Source: Dudresnaya verticillata (lineage: Eukaryota). From it: 64,000 nt of DNA. The position numbers and the translations under genes are program-made. This document shows positions 33,387 through 46,272 of this stretch, one piece after another (the first letter of the stretch is position 1; each line of letters starts with the position of its first letter). The DNA lies in the NCBI GenBank assembly GCA_977862235.1, contig OZ374563.1, forward strand, positions 744,001 to 808,000, given 5' to 3'. The notes beneath the pieces were generated by a model. The model saw only the letters and a program-made list of their open reading frames with translations. It searched no databases and was not told the origin of the DNA.

Positions 33387-34058
33387 CTATGCAGCGCCCA
33401 CCTCTGCCGGATACTTGCTAGGATCAAGAGGTACGTGAATCTCGTTCCGCTTAAGATGGGGTAGCGTGTACGGCGGATTATATCCTTGCGTAGTCCACTC
33501 CCCGTGCGGCGCAACCTGGTCGCGCTTGAGCATTTGCAACAACTCCTTCGCCTTCTTTGCAGAAACCTTCATATTCAGGTCTCCCGAGAACGGGAGCACA
33601 GCCTCAACGCGCCCTCCCTCCACCATCTCCAACTTGACGGCCGGGTTAGTCGGCACAGGCGCCTCCTCAATCGAGCGATACTTTGCCGGGAGCAAAAACT
33701 TCATGCACTCGCCGTTACACGGCAGCGGGGCGCTCAGGACGACCGCAGCCGTCGCGGCGATCTTCTCGGGGGCCGCTTGCACGACTGGCGCGGTCATGGC
33801 AACCTTCTCGGGGGCGGTCCCCGCCGCGGCCGTGTTCTGCGGTGTGGAGAAGACGCCGATGTAGCGCGCCAGCGTCCCGAAGGCCGCGCTGCTGAACGCC
33901 TTCCCTGTGGGCGCGTCCTCGCCCTCCTTCGCTAGGTCCGACGCGTACACCACGGCCGCCACCGACGCCGGGTAGCGCCAGATCTCGTACTCGTCGGTGC
34001 GCTTCACCACCTCGTGCGCTGGCGTTTCGCTCGAGATTTTGCCCACAGCGGAACCCAT
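33387..34058 (-). CDS. SOUL heme-binding protein (possible N-myristoylation, MGSAVGK)
   Basis: ETPAHEVV..YEIWRY, AFGTLARYIG, EKVAMTAPV (repeated), MKFLLP and YNPPYTLP..RNE motifs; TATAAAT upstream at ~34210-34217. Confidence 0.92.
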   Translation of the reverse strand: MGSAVGKISSETPAHEVVKRTDEYEIWRYPASVAAVVYASDLAKEGEDAPTGKAFSSAAFGTLARYIGVFSTPQNTAAAGTAPEKVAMTAPVVQAAPEKIAATAAVVLSAPLPCNGECMKFLLPAKYRSIEEAPVPTNPAVKLEMVEGGRVEAVLPFSGDLNMKVSAKKAKELLQMLKRDQVAPHGEWTTQGYNPPYTLPHLKRNEIHVPLDPSKYPAEVGAA

Positions 34059-36398
34059 TGTTGTGCGCGGTAGTTGTGTAGCGGGGCAGTACTGGAGCGG
34101 CTCTTTGTCTTGTCTGATTGAAGCGCTGGGCAAGGTGTGGAGTAGTCACAAGAACGTCATAGAGGAAGTCCCGAGTCGGCACTCAGTTGCCATCGTAAGG
34201 CACCGTGCTATTTATACAAAATAGCGAAGCGGTCCGCCTTGGACAAAAGCATCATTTCATCTTCTTCGAGATGAACGCGAGGAGAAGGACGGGGTTGCTC
34301 CTGGGCCTTTCGCTGAGAAGATTGCGGTCAAAATTTATCGAAGCATCCAGAAAGCACCGTGGGCCTTGCCGAGATTGTCCCATCTGCGGCATCACGCGCA
34401 AACATGACAAGGCCGCCCGTGCACAACTGCCGACACCCGATCACAGCCCATGCCATGCATGAAAGGACCATCCTGGCGCCCGCCCCCCAGAATGCAACGA
34501 CAGCATCACTCAGTGATGTCCCGCCACTTCCCAGCCGTAGGCAGAGCTCACGACGGCCAGAAGTGCCGATAGGTTCGGCGCTGAGTCCCCCAGGAGCTCG
34601 ATGCAACAGCCGAGGCCGTTTCACCAGATGCAGATTCGGTGTTCAAAACGTCGAGTATGTCGCGTTCAGAAGTTGTCTCCCTTCGAGGCTGAGCTGCCAT
34701 CAAGGCCATCATCAGCTACCCCTCGTACCGAGCGCATGGCCTGTCTCCTGACTCTGCGATTGTCAAGGTGGGGCCACGGACTGAAGAACGGACAAAGATC
34801 AAACATCTGTGAAGGTTCCTTATGCGTTCTCCAGCGCCCGTATAACGGCTGCTCCACCCAGGTACATTGTCGCGATATCTGCCTCTCGTGCAAATGCTGT
34901 TGAAAAAGTGGAAGGCGGTTCGAGACCCCTTCCGTTATTCGCGATGTGTGGCAAAAAATGAAAACGTTCTGTAGTCTGAAAACTGCTGCAACAGACACGT
35001 CTCATACATTCTGTAGCATGCTGCGAGCTGAAGACAATGACATGGAGCGGAAAGGTATGCGTAACATGTCGTGACATTGTCTCCTGAACCATTTCCATCT
35101 AGAACCTGCTGCAACATCTGTTGCTAGTGCTAGTAGTTGCATAAGACACGTATTCGTCTCGACTTAATGCAAAGGGACAGGGATACTGTCCCATGCTGCC
35201 TCTATGGTACATCATTTGGAACGTGGGTGCGTCATCCAAGAAATCTGGGACTCACCCCAGCAGATATGTATTCATCAACCCGCTTTCTGAAGTTCGAATG
35301 AAGAGAAAGCACTCCACGATTTTTGCCTAGAATCCAATAGTGGATGCCTCATTTGCAAAAGGTCTAGTTAGAAGATTTCCGACTTGACACTCACTAGAAG
35401 ACTCCGATGAGAACTGATGGGGAAAAGTTTCGCGATTCAGACGAATGGCAGAATCGCCCGAATCGTCAAGGCTACCGCATCAGTTCTTATTCAGCAATGG
35501 CGCATGGCCAGACCTGACATGCCAGTTGGGACATGGTACAGCAAAGTAGAGGAAGAAGAAAAGAGCAGCGTTTGGGTTGTTGAGTTCGAGAAAGCCGAAG
35601 TGTTCCAAGTCGGATCTAAATGCCCCAGATTTCAAGTCACGTGATTTGCCTTTCAGAAGCCTCCCATTTGTCGTTTCCCTTCCGGAAGCCCTATGGAAGT
35701 ACTGTACAATAATTGATGTTACGTCACGCGCTCATCCGCGTGCAAATCGCTCACCTTTCCTCACCTTTGCACGCTGCAAACAAGTCTGATCTTTACGCTT
35801 GTGCAATTGCAATGCCTTGTGTAGAGCCCCGATCACATTATAATTCAATACGTCGCTTCGATGTTTTCGTCTCTGCACGACAGCTACATGTTGGGATAAG
35901 TCACTCTCGATGTTTTAACGTCTCTTTCATTCGAGAAGCAGTCGCAGCATCTTGCCAAAACTCTTCCTTACCAAGCTCTGTATCCATAAATGAGGATTCG
36001 TAAGGAACGCATTTAGCTGGACTACAACTTGGAACCACTAAGACGTGCCGGAGACAGAGTTCTCGACTGAATTCGAGCCCGATCTCCCCCACATTCAGCA
36101 TGACGTTCAGCACGAACGGGGGAGCTCGGGCTCGAATTCATTCGAAACGGATACGATACTCCTTCTGAGTCATTCGTTTCCCCTGTGATTCTTGTGTCGC
36201 ATGGCACCAAAGCATTCTCAGTTGCTCAGGTTTGCGTATTTAAGCATCTGCAACGCAACCATGTGACCACCCATCTCACCGCCCCGCTTACCACAACCAC
36301 CTTCGCCCTCACCTTCTGCTACGTCTTTCACTTTCGCTGCTTCGTCTCCTTCGCTGCTCGTTAGTTCTCACGGAGAGACATACCCCCCTGATCCCGCA

Positions 36399-37729
36399 AT
36401 GGCTTTCTTGTTCAAAAAGGCTTCTTCTTTGTTTGCTTCTTTGTTTTCTTCCCAGAATCCTACATCTGTGGAAGATTCCCGTGACCAGCAACCAACCAGT
36501 AACTCCCATGATGACACAGGTTGTGACGACACGTCAACGACATCTTCAACGCAGAAGAAGGAGAACGGGAACGAATTCCGAAAACGCACGATGCCCGGGT
36601 CGGAGTGGGAACTGGATGCCCAACCGCCGACGAGAAAGAAGGCCTGTCATGACACATTGTCGTCTCTCGCTACTTCACAAGTTCAAGACGTGACAGAATC
36701 GAGGTCGCGCAGACCCCTTCAGTCTCAACAATCTAGACAGTGCAAAAGGACTTCCAACCAACAACGAAGAGTTCAACAGTCCAGAGAATGGATGCAGTGG
36801 CCGAACAACTCATCCCACTATCCTCAAAGGGGTCAACCTGTACCAAACCCATGTCTTACCCCCCTTCCAAGGTCTCTGACACTGAAACGGTCGGCACCGG
36901 ACGTTGAACAAAGACCGGACCTTCAAACCCCGGAACCAAAGCGGGTTCGACGAGTCGTGCGCTGCATAAATCCCGCTTCAGTCAGCCAAGCCCAAGCCAC
37001 TACACACCTGGGTACATCACAGGCTGTGCAGTTGAAGCTGTCCGACTCAGGCGTGAAGCGAGAATCTGTACCTCAGCAACCCCAGCTATCCAACTATCTC
37101 GCGGCATCGCTCACTCCTCGACATGACGGCCTTGCAACCGTTTCAGCTCCCAAGCGCATCTGTAGCGCAGCTTTGCTTCGGAAATCAGTCCCAGTGAGGA
37201 CCCGCATATCTCCACCGCGCAAGATAGATTTTGATGGACCACCACCGCCTATGTCAGGCGCCCCCGAAGGCTATTTCTCTCCAGATGCTCATGGGTCGTT
37301 TCATGTCGGCACGCGGTCGAGCTTGGAGTACATTTTCGATGCGCCTGCCGGTCCAAAGCCGTTGCTGAGTTCACCTTCAACACGGCCGACCCAATCCGCG
37401 CGGATAAAGTCCCGCATCCCGACTTGGCTCCTGTTATCAACAAGCGAAAGCAAAAAGGAGCGGCGGAAGGATCGTCCACGAAGGGCATTTCTGCCGACCA
37501 GCAACCCAAGGATGCTGGGCGTGATGGTGACGACCGGCCGTTTTATGCGGATTGGGGTGTTGACGAGCCAGGCTTCAAGGAGAGAGTGCGGGCAACTCGG
37601 CGGGGATGGTTGAGAGAAAGGAAAAGGCCGCACGAGTCGGATGGGTATCAACTGGTTTTGAGGAGGTTTCGATGGACTTTTGCGGAGGAACATAGCATTC
37701 CGCATGGGTTTCGTTATTGCCCGTTTTGA
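36399..37729 (+). pseudogene. Unknown family member X1a, 1-nt frameshift at ~37349
   Basis: ORFs 36399-37613 and 37424-37729 join into one protein matching 50864-51628 if one base is restored (GCCGGTCC vs GCACGGTCC). Confidence 0.7.
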
Positions 37730-40285
37730 GGTCGGGAAAGTATTGTACTGCAGCGGGTAGGACGAAAACTCGGCATGGCTAGGGCCTCCCAACTTTTTCA
37801 AGCTGACATATCGAGATAAGTAAAGGACATTGGAATTCTGCTGAGACGTGTCACATCATGTGGCCCACATGTGCACATGTAGTTTCCACCAGGCTGCATG
37901 AAGCCGAGTACCCTCTCCGCGAAGTGTGACTTAGGTTACCCTTTTTCGGTGGCGTCATGGCTGGAAGGAGGAGGGAGAAGATCTTCACAGCAGCAGGGGG
38001 TACTTGAACGATGAATCGGTTTGTACGAGTGATGAGCGGAGGAAGCGGAGCGAGCGGCATCTGTCGAAACATGAGACTGTTTAAAACTGTTCGCGGTTCT
38101 GCTTGCAGATTGGGCATATCGCTGTAACGAACAGTAAAACTTTACGTGTCAGGTTTGCGACGGAGGGGATGATCATCACATGACTTGATGCGTCGTCACG
38201 AAACCGCCACGAGAGTGTGGATTGCGTTAGTGATGCATTAAGTGGATGATTGTGTGCACAACTACTACGCTATTTTCTGAAACCGCCCAACCTGTACATA
38301 ATGGTACTGCCCTCGTCCAGTTTGAACATTTGAGAGATAGAGAATGTGCTGGCTTAGTACGTAGAGAACTTGACTGCGTGCTGCATTACTGCTGTTCTGT
38401 GCTCCCGCCGAGACGGTGCCAGTCGTACTCTCTTGGCTCCAACTTATGCTGCTCTTGCTCTTCCGTGCCTGGGATCCCGCCCTCGCCGAGTATCACCGTC
38501 TCCATCGGATCTGTGCCCAAACATTTCCGTTTCACTTATGTACAACATTTGTTTTACCACGGTCACACACACATGTTTTCACTCGACTTTGATTGTGCTG
38601 CTCCGACCAGCTCTCCGATTTGTCTGAACGCTTCCCGTTCTCCCTTTGTCCGCACTTGTGATCGCAGTGCGGAGGAAACAGAAAGACAGAAGTCTGCGTA
38701 ACAAGCACGCAACTACGTACTTGGTTACTTCGCCGGAAATTTTCTGTGCCAAAAGTGTGCCCAAACTCGCTTCTGCTATAACTTGCATTCAGTATCGACC
38801 ACAATATGCTCGACTCCTTCTGCAGGATTCTTGCAGTCACTTTCCACCACAGGCCTGACACCACCACGCCACCGCATTGTTCTGCTCCTATCCCTGAATT
38901 CATGCCTAGGACACAAAAAGCAAAAGAGCAATCTGCGATAGTCGAACAAACTAGGGTGCCAGGAAATGCGAGTGTATCACGACTTGTACGCCTGTTCTCG
39001 CCTGAGTATTCATCATGAGCTCTCTTGCGTTCGATTCCAAGGTTTCCTTGCAGAGAGAACGGCAGGTCTCTCTCCCTTCTACTCTCTCTCATTTCTGGAC
39101 CGCTGCAAAGCTTGAGTACTAGAAAACGGAAGCCATTTCATCAGCCAGAAGCTGCTCGTGAACGAAAAACTCGTGAACAACAGCTCTGACTGCACCCGAC
39201 AAGGTATTCATGGCCGTGGCCTGCAATCGATGCCTAAATAGTGCCCCTCTTGATAAGGGTTTCTTCCATACCTAAAACCTGGCTTAACGGTATTGCGGCT
39301 TCGGTGCTGTGCATGGGCATTCCATGAAAAATGCAAGGAGTATCCATTCCTTCCTAGGTTTTACGATTCCGAACGAGCTGGTGTAGTAGGTGCGCAGAAG
39401 ACCTATTGTGAAGTTTGCCGTTCCCCTTTTTGCGCGAGGATCTCAGAAACCAACCTTGCGTTCAATCCAATGGCCATTGTCATCCAAAAATTGAGCCGTG
39501 CCCTGCAACTGAGGACCGGAGGTGAACAGCGCAAGCGGTTCAGTTGGATTATGGCGGGCGGGTGACGCATAAGCCGAGATTTGCTGCCACAAGCACTTCG
39601 ACGCGGATCATGTGTCTGATCTCAAAACGATTGCGCGGAAAGAGATTAAAATTGCCACCTGTTTCGGCGTCAAAAAGATGCCATACAGATGACTCCCATT
39701 CGCTGTTTCCTTTCCACAGCGTTCGAATGTGAGCTTGCGAATGTGCCACTGCAGTTCACACTTGTCCATGACCAGTCAGTTGCACATTGCCTCTTTCCCC
39801 AACCCCCACCCCCACCCGCAGTTTTGCCCGGGAACCCTGAGCCGTGCTCACACAAACACACTCCCGGGCTAAGCGAACCCTTCTCCTCTTCACACAAGTG
39901 CAGCTGATGGAAGGCTGAGCCTTTAAATGGACGGTGAACTGCACTCTTCTTCCGATTGCCTCCATCTGTTCTGCACTGCTCCCAAACCGTGCCAAAAGTT
40001 CTCACTCCTGCCCACCCTGCAAAAGTTGTTTTTACGCTTGTTTTGTTGCACTCCTCGCTTTGTGCTTCTTCGTTGAAGGCTTCAAGTCTTTTTTATTCGC
40101 CCCGAACTGAATACCAAGCTTTAAGTTCACTCTACTATTTCCCGCCGCATGCCGCACTCATTTCTATCGTCTTTTTCTACAGCTTGTTATCTTCGCAGAA
40201 GCGTTTACTATCTCCGCATCCTCTCTTTTCTTTTCTCCAGACCAATCCTCTTGACATAACCTTGCCGACAGATACACTCCCTACT

Positions 40286-41295
40286 ATGCCAAATTTCAAG
40301 CGCAAAAAGGGGGGTGCGAACTCCAAACCAGTGGAACAACCTTCTCAACCGAAAAATACTCATCTCGAGTCCCATACTCCTCGCTCGGGTCACAAACGCA
40401 GGAATTCGGTTGTGGGTCGCAAGCCAAATGAGAAACTGCGTCCATCAAAAAGAGTCGTAGCCGATGATCTCCCTCTTCGCTCGTCGCCGGGACAGAAGGG
40501 CACAGCCAGGAAATGGTTATCGAGGAAGTCTCCCAATGTTCGAAAAAAGGAATCACCGCGAGTCAACTTTGACGACCCGCCACCTCACACGTCAAAGGTG
40601 CCGAAGGGGTACTTTGAGAGCTCCAATCAAGGAATGTTTCACCCGGGGGCAACAACAGTTCGTGAATATGTGTTCCACACATGGCCTAGAACAAAGGCCA
40701 TTGGGGAGTACTTGGTGAACCTGGCCGACCCCATACGAGCCGACAAAGTACCACATCCTGCTGCAGCACAGTTTGCAAATAAATGCAACAGTTCTGTACT
40801 AGTGGAAGCTCAACGCAGTCCAAGTTCGATCACTTTCGCTGGAATGACTCCTGACAACGAGGTGATAAAGGTTTCGGGGAAGTCTGTAGACGGAAAGACA
40901 CTTGAATGTTTCCGGGCACACCGGGATGCTCCTTTGGAGATCATCGAAAAGAAGGTGAGAAGACGGTACAATTCAGGGCATCTAATGTTGGGACTGTGCA
41001 AGTATTCGGAAGTGGGCAAACGCCAAGGCGCTACTTGGTGCTACCCATTGTGGAAGACGGAGAAACCGAAAGTGGTAAACAGCAACGCAAAGGGTGCGAG
41101 CAAACACAGGAGTTGAGCTTGAATAAGGCGGCCTTTAAGGAGGAGATGCGTGCGCGGCGGCGGAGTTGGCTGGGAGAAAGAAAGGCGCCGGTGGGTTCTG
41201 AAAACTTTGCGGTGGTTCTCAAGAAGTTTCGGTGGACGTTTTCCGAGGATCATAGGGTCCCACACGGCAGACGGTTTTGTCCTTGTCCCTTTTGA
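40286..41295 (+). pseudogene. Unknown family member X2a, 1-nt frameshift at ~40915
   Basis: MPNFKRKK start; CGGG here vs CGGGG in the paralog at 55178-55182; shares two motifs with X1. Confidence 0.7.
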
Positions 41296-42665
41296 AGGAA
41301 GGGAAAAGGGTAAGAACGTGGGGTCGAGGTGAGGGGCTGATGTCAGGCTGAGGTGATGGTAAACTTTTATTGGTTGTTTTGGGTGGTCCCGCGGTGAAGT
41401 CGTGGAGATGCCAGCTTTGGCAAGAAGAATAATAAGAAAGTTATTCTCTTCGTGTAGCTGTGCACGTCTCCGATAGGCAAGATGACAACACAAGCAACAT
41501 TTTTGTTCCTTGGTAGTCCAAGGTTAGTCTAATGCACTCAAGCCCGATAACAAAAAAGTACAATCCTTATTGTTGCAGTAACGCTGTTTATACTGCTTGG
41601 AACTCTAAGCCCTCAGGAGGGTACAAATTTTGCATTGGGACCGAGGATCTGGGACTTTTCTTCTTTACCATTAGCTTTCGATTATGCAGTAGGTGCTTTA
41701 AGCTGCTTTAAGCAACTTGCTTGTGGCGGTAAAAAGTGATTTGGTGGTTACTGTTGCGATTGTCTTTGCACTCCCCTTTAGGGAGAGTGCAAAGGAGTTG
41801 GTGGTTCGTGAGCTTGTCAGCACAATGGCGGTCCTGTTGTTTAAGGCCCATGCCCTATCGGCGGTTATTGGCCACTCGTTGAGTTACACGTTTTGACAGT
41901 CGCCTTATTCTCGTTTCAGGAATTCCGCTGGTGCCTCGCATGTACTCTACCTTCGATACGAATAGACAAACTGTCCATGCCAGGCCACGGAAAAGGACCA
42001 GCTGCCCTGCAGATCCATTTAGAGGTGTAAGCGCTGTCAACGCTGTTGTTGTTGTCAGTGCTGCTGTACTGTACGTGGGGTACTTAGGGTCTGAAAAAAC
42101 ATGAATGTCTCATAGCCCATACAAGTGTACACGTTGAAAATCTCACTTTGACAAACACTCGAGCTGAAGCTAGAGAGCTACGGAGCTTTCACCGTGGCGA
42201 ATACCGCGCCGTGCCAAAACAACTCATCTCGAGCTTGCGCTCATCTGCACGTCGCCTCGCCTCTTTCCTTCCCTAGGTCTACAATCCCTTCTACGACCCA
42301 CTGGTTTGGTCAAAACCTTGCATACCGGGAGCATCCCGAGAACGCAAACTTTTCAGGCAGTGCAGAATCAGGAGAGCCGGTGCAATGTCGTGGAGACGTG
42401 CAAACGTTGGACAGGACGAAGAAAGGTCCGTGATTGAATAGGGTGGAGGCGTTACGGGCATCGGATACTCTACACGGGATGATTCCAGGACGTTTCTCTA
42501 AGGAACGGACTGAACTCAGCAAAGTTCTCAAAAATGCACGGCAAGAAATCGTTTACTCATTCCACTCGCCAAATGTACACGAGCGATACCTGCTACGAGA
42601 GCAACAACAGGCGACGTGCGAGACAAGGAAAAGCCCGAACCGACGGAGAGGGCGTAAGCACCACG

Positions 42666-42881
42666 TTAGGCAAACGGACAGGGATAATGGTCAAAGATGC
42701 AGATGAAACCCTGGTCGGGAATGACACAACATTTTTTCTCGGGCGAGCAGATGCCGTCCGGACACTGCCCGATTTTCAAACTGGTAGGAGGGCTCCTGGC
42801 CTCCGGCGGGGTGGGTGCGGCCGCTGTGAGCAAGAAGAGAAGGGCTGTGGCGGAGAGGAGGAGGAGGAGAAGACGAGGCAT
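42666..42881 (-). CDS. Secreted cysteine-rich peptide A (71 aa; C-x4-C-x5-CC-x8-C-x6-C)
   Basis: Leu-rich signal peptide, Pro-rich spacer and 6 Cys; TATAAAA at ~42987-42993; paralog at 57291-57518 keeps the frame and all cysteines. Confidence 0.85.
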   Translation of the reverse strand: MPRLLLLLLSATALLFLLTAAAPTPPEARSPPTSLKIGQCPDGICSPEKKCCVIPDQGFICIFDHYPCPFA

Positions 42882-45185
42882 GGTGAAGGTCGGGTTTGCT
42901 GCTTGGAGGGGGTGAAGAATGATGTCGAAGGGGCGAAGTGCGATGGTGGCGAGCAACTCAGAGTGGTGAGGATGACGGGGGCGTGCTTTTATACCAAACC
43001 TAAGGACTCATATTTCTTACAGTGCTCTCTGGAACATACGCTACGTAGTTCTTACTGACACGACGAGCAAGCACAACATGCACACACCCTGCCAGCTGCA
43101 TACTGCCAGATGCGAGGCAGATCCGCCTAGATACACACATAGATTTCCGGGGACGTTCGGCGATGGCAGCAGGGCGCTGGAAGCAGCCCGCGGATCTGAC
43201 TGCTGTTTCCTGTACAAAGGCCTGCGGCGTTCCGAGTCCGAACTTTGCAACCTCGTGAGAAATGGCAGGGTCCGGTAAGACTACCTAAATTGTCTCTTGC
43301 CGCACAGCCTTCTGTGCGGGGTCGCGCGCAACCTCTCGCCGGCAGCGAACATCACAGCACTACTTAGCCTCCACAGCCCCGACGCTACTCGCGCTTCCGA
43401 GGAGACAAGAGGGATAATTAGTAAACTGTGTGCTACAACTAGCCGCGCTTCACTAACGCTCTTGCCCACTTTCGCTTTCGCACGCTCTGTCGCTCGCTTC
43501 GCGCGCGCGCTCTCTCTCTCCCTCCCTGTTGCGTCGCGTGCCCTGCCGAGTATTTGACTATTCGGGGACGCTCAAGAGGCCACTCACGCGGTTGAGCGAT
43601 ATGGTCTTACCTTAGTAGCAGAGTTCTGGCCTAAAATTTTACAGAGTTGACGCAAGTGGTTTGTGGTTTACGCAAGTGGCCCTGCCTTGGAATACTCATA
43701 CTTTGCTTCCAAGTTGTTGGAAGCAAAGCATATCAAAAGTATAAGGTCGTCAGTGCGGAATACAGCAACGGACAGCCTTGCGGTGCTGCAAGGGCTTTTC
43801 TCACACGGCATTCCATCCTTCCGGCCCTCGGCGAAGGCAACCCATTCAGGACGCAAATATGCGTCGCTGTTCGATAAATCTGCGTCCACGATTTTATCTG
43901 TCTGAGCGAGCTCAACAGACGGCTGTCCTTTCGTCACTAGACCGCAGCAGACTCGCCGGAAACCCGGTAACACCATTGGTATTACCTCATGAAATCAAAC
44001 CGTACCATCCCAAACAACAGCTCAGAAAGGAGCAAATTTGAATCGACCGAACCTGTGTTCTTTTTGTTTTCTGTCTTCGCTTACCCGAAGCCTTCCTCAA
44101 CAACACACTTCCACACACCCTGCAGGTCCTCAACGGAACCATCCGTCACGGCGTTCTGCACTACCGCCGCTGTGCGCTCCGCATACAAACTCCTAATAAT
44201 AGAGCAGATTTCATCTCCCGCCTGTGCTATCCATCTCAATCTTTTCTCGTTCACGTACTTTCAGATGGGGAAAAGAAGAGGTCAGGGCACAAATTGCCCT
44301 GCAGCGTGGAAAAGTGTCGCTTTGGAGTTCTCACGGAATCGCGAGAGGCCGATAGCATTACCGTGGAGCCCAACAGGCCTACATCCCTACTACTAGCCGA
44401 CAATCCAGGAATCCATGCGAGAAATGGGCAGTGGGCAAACAAAACCGCGGGGCGAAACCCCCTTGAAAATGTACAACCGTCAGACCTGTCGGGAATCGAA
44501 CTCAGTTTCCCGATCGACGATGCACCTGTTAGCGACTACAGTCATCTCTCGATAAGAGGAACCAGTCCGTGGACCCAAGTTGGTTCCTCTAATAAGGGGG
44601 TTTCACTTAGGAAAAGGTAGAAAACATTTTAATATCAACCTGAAGAGAGGAAACAACCCTCATACCGCACAGCACTTAAAAAATCTACTGGAAGTAGTTC
44701 TCTATCCTAGTCTGCCTGGCAGATGTGCATGACTCCGCCTTGACAGCCCGCTGTGTCTGCGCAATACAACGTCTAAAGGGCGGCATGTCCTCCCCATATC
44801 TCTCCGCAATTCGCTGGCATATTTTTTTCTGGAGAATTGTAAGGGTGATAAGCGTCATGGTAGAGTGTCTGGGAGTTAGTCTACTCTAACGTTGCCGTGA
44901 AAGGCGTTTCTGTTAAATAAGACTACATTTCAGCTCTACCGCCGTCGTTATCATCGCCTGGAGGCCTTTAACGGTCGTTTTTTTACAATATGAACGTTGT
45001 AGTGGTGCCCCTCGGGCGTGAATTGTCGGTTTCAGATATCGAAAGTGGAACTACTGTTGTTTTTTTTATATAATTTCGCTTCTCCCAAGTGCGGAGACCC
45101 GTTTCGGTTTCTGTAATAGGGGGGTTCCCGTTATGACGGGTTTCACTAATCGAGAGATGACTGTACTTAAGAAATTCTCACAATG

Positions 45186-45791
45186 TGTCACGTGCCATGC
45201 ACACGCCCCCCATTCGCTGTTTCCATTTCATTACGAGCCCCGCAGTACGTGACGTACAATACTGTACAATCCATCCGAATTTCACAAATGCACAGTACCT
45301 TCCCTCACCCTCTCACGCATTCGCTTCGGCAGTTGTCGGCGCGTGCAGGCTTGCAGTGCATTGCACTTCGCCGCGTGCGGATGACAATCCAGTACTTTAC
45401 TTCACATTCAACCCCGAGCAACAATTCCGATACAATTGAGCCCACTGCAGCGCCATTCCGAATATAGCTCCATCGCCGTTTCGGGCGACCAACTGCATCA
45501 CACTTTGGGTTACATCACGTCCGATGTATAACGGCTTTTTGTCACTCTATGACCTCTCAGGGAAGCATAACATCCAGAAAAGATGCCCACTGAATTCGAG
45601 TCGCGCCTCGCTGCACATGTGGGTGACACAACGGTTTATTGGTAAGAATCCGATGACTATGATAGCGGAGTGGCGCGGGTACTGTGTCCCTTGATATAGG
45701 GTTCGGTCCCACGCTCGTCGAGGGATCCGGCCTCGTCCGTACCGACGGTGCTAGCCTATCTTACAGTAAATAACTTACACTACCCGTTACA
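45186..45791 (-). mobile_element. Putative 3' LTR of the truncated Copia element
   Basis: On the minus strand a polypurine tract GGGAGGAGTGAA (45792-45803) is followed directly by TGTAACG. A candidate end CGTGACA at 45186 gives a 6/7 terminal inverted repeat. There is no TSD, consistent with a non-solo LTR; the distal end is uncertain. Confidence 0.45.
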
Positions 45792-46272
45792 TTCACTCCT
45801 CCCAAACTTAGGAAAAATATGCCAATGAGTGCAGTACCGGCAAATTCGCCTACGGTGGCCGAGGAGTGTGTGAGTACTTGCACATATATATAGCTATAGC
45901 TGCCCGCCTAAACCGCTCGAGCGCAGCCTGGTCATCACTCTGGAGCCGTGTTGCTGCGTCTGCGTCCCTCGTTCCCGTTGGTGTGCAGCCGTGTCTCAAG
46001 TACGGTGTCAACTGCGCACTGGAGTGCGCCGGAGCGCCGTTTCTCCTACCGGTTACTGTGCGGTGCGCTTGTACACTGCGTACACTACTGTACCGAATTC
46101 CCGGTATACCAGTATAGCGTGCGCCATTTTTGTGCTGCGTGGCGGAGCCCTCAGGCTACTTCGTGAACCTGGTCAGTATCCCTTTTGCTCTTCGGACGAT
46201 ATTGGGCTTCTGTAAGGGGGAACAACCAACCGTGAGGAGGACGCGCGATCTGCATTGCAGTAACCGACAGCG

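Larger units (their letters stand above)
36340..43826 (+). repeat. Segmental duplication, copy A (three-gene cassette)
   Basis: Collinear with 49755-58416. Examples of matching blocks: 37150-37730 with 51050-51630; 40310-41630 with 54570-55885; 42170-43826 with 56760-58416. The left boundary is approximate. Confidence 0.9.

Noticed and set aside
39956..40285. Hydrophobic N-terminal extension of the 386-aa ORF
   Set aside because: Starts at a non-ATG codon, is pyrimidine-rich UTR-like sequence, and is largely deleted in copy B; the ATG at 40286 is preferred.
37340..40920. Programmed ribosomal frameshifting in X1a/X2a
   Set aside because: No slippery heptamer, and the paralogs read through in frame at these sites.
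45184..45630. TGTGTCAC...GTGACACA inverted pair as a solo LTR or MITE
   Set aside because: The flanks do not form a TSD; the PPT-anchored LTR interpretation fits better.
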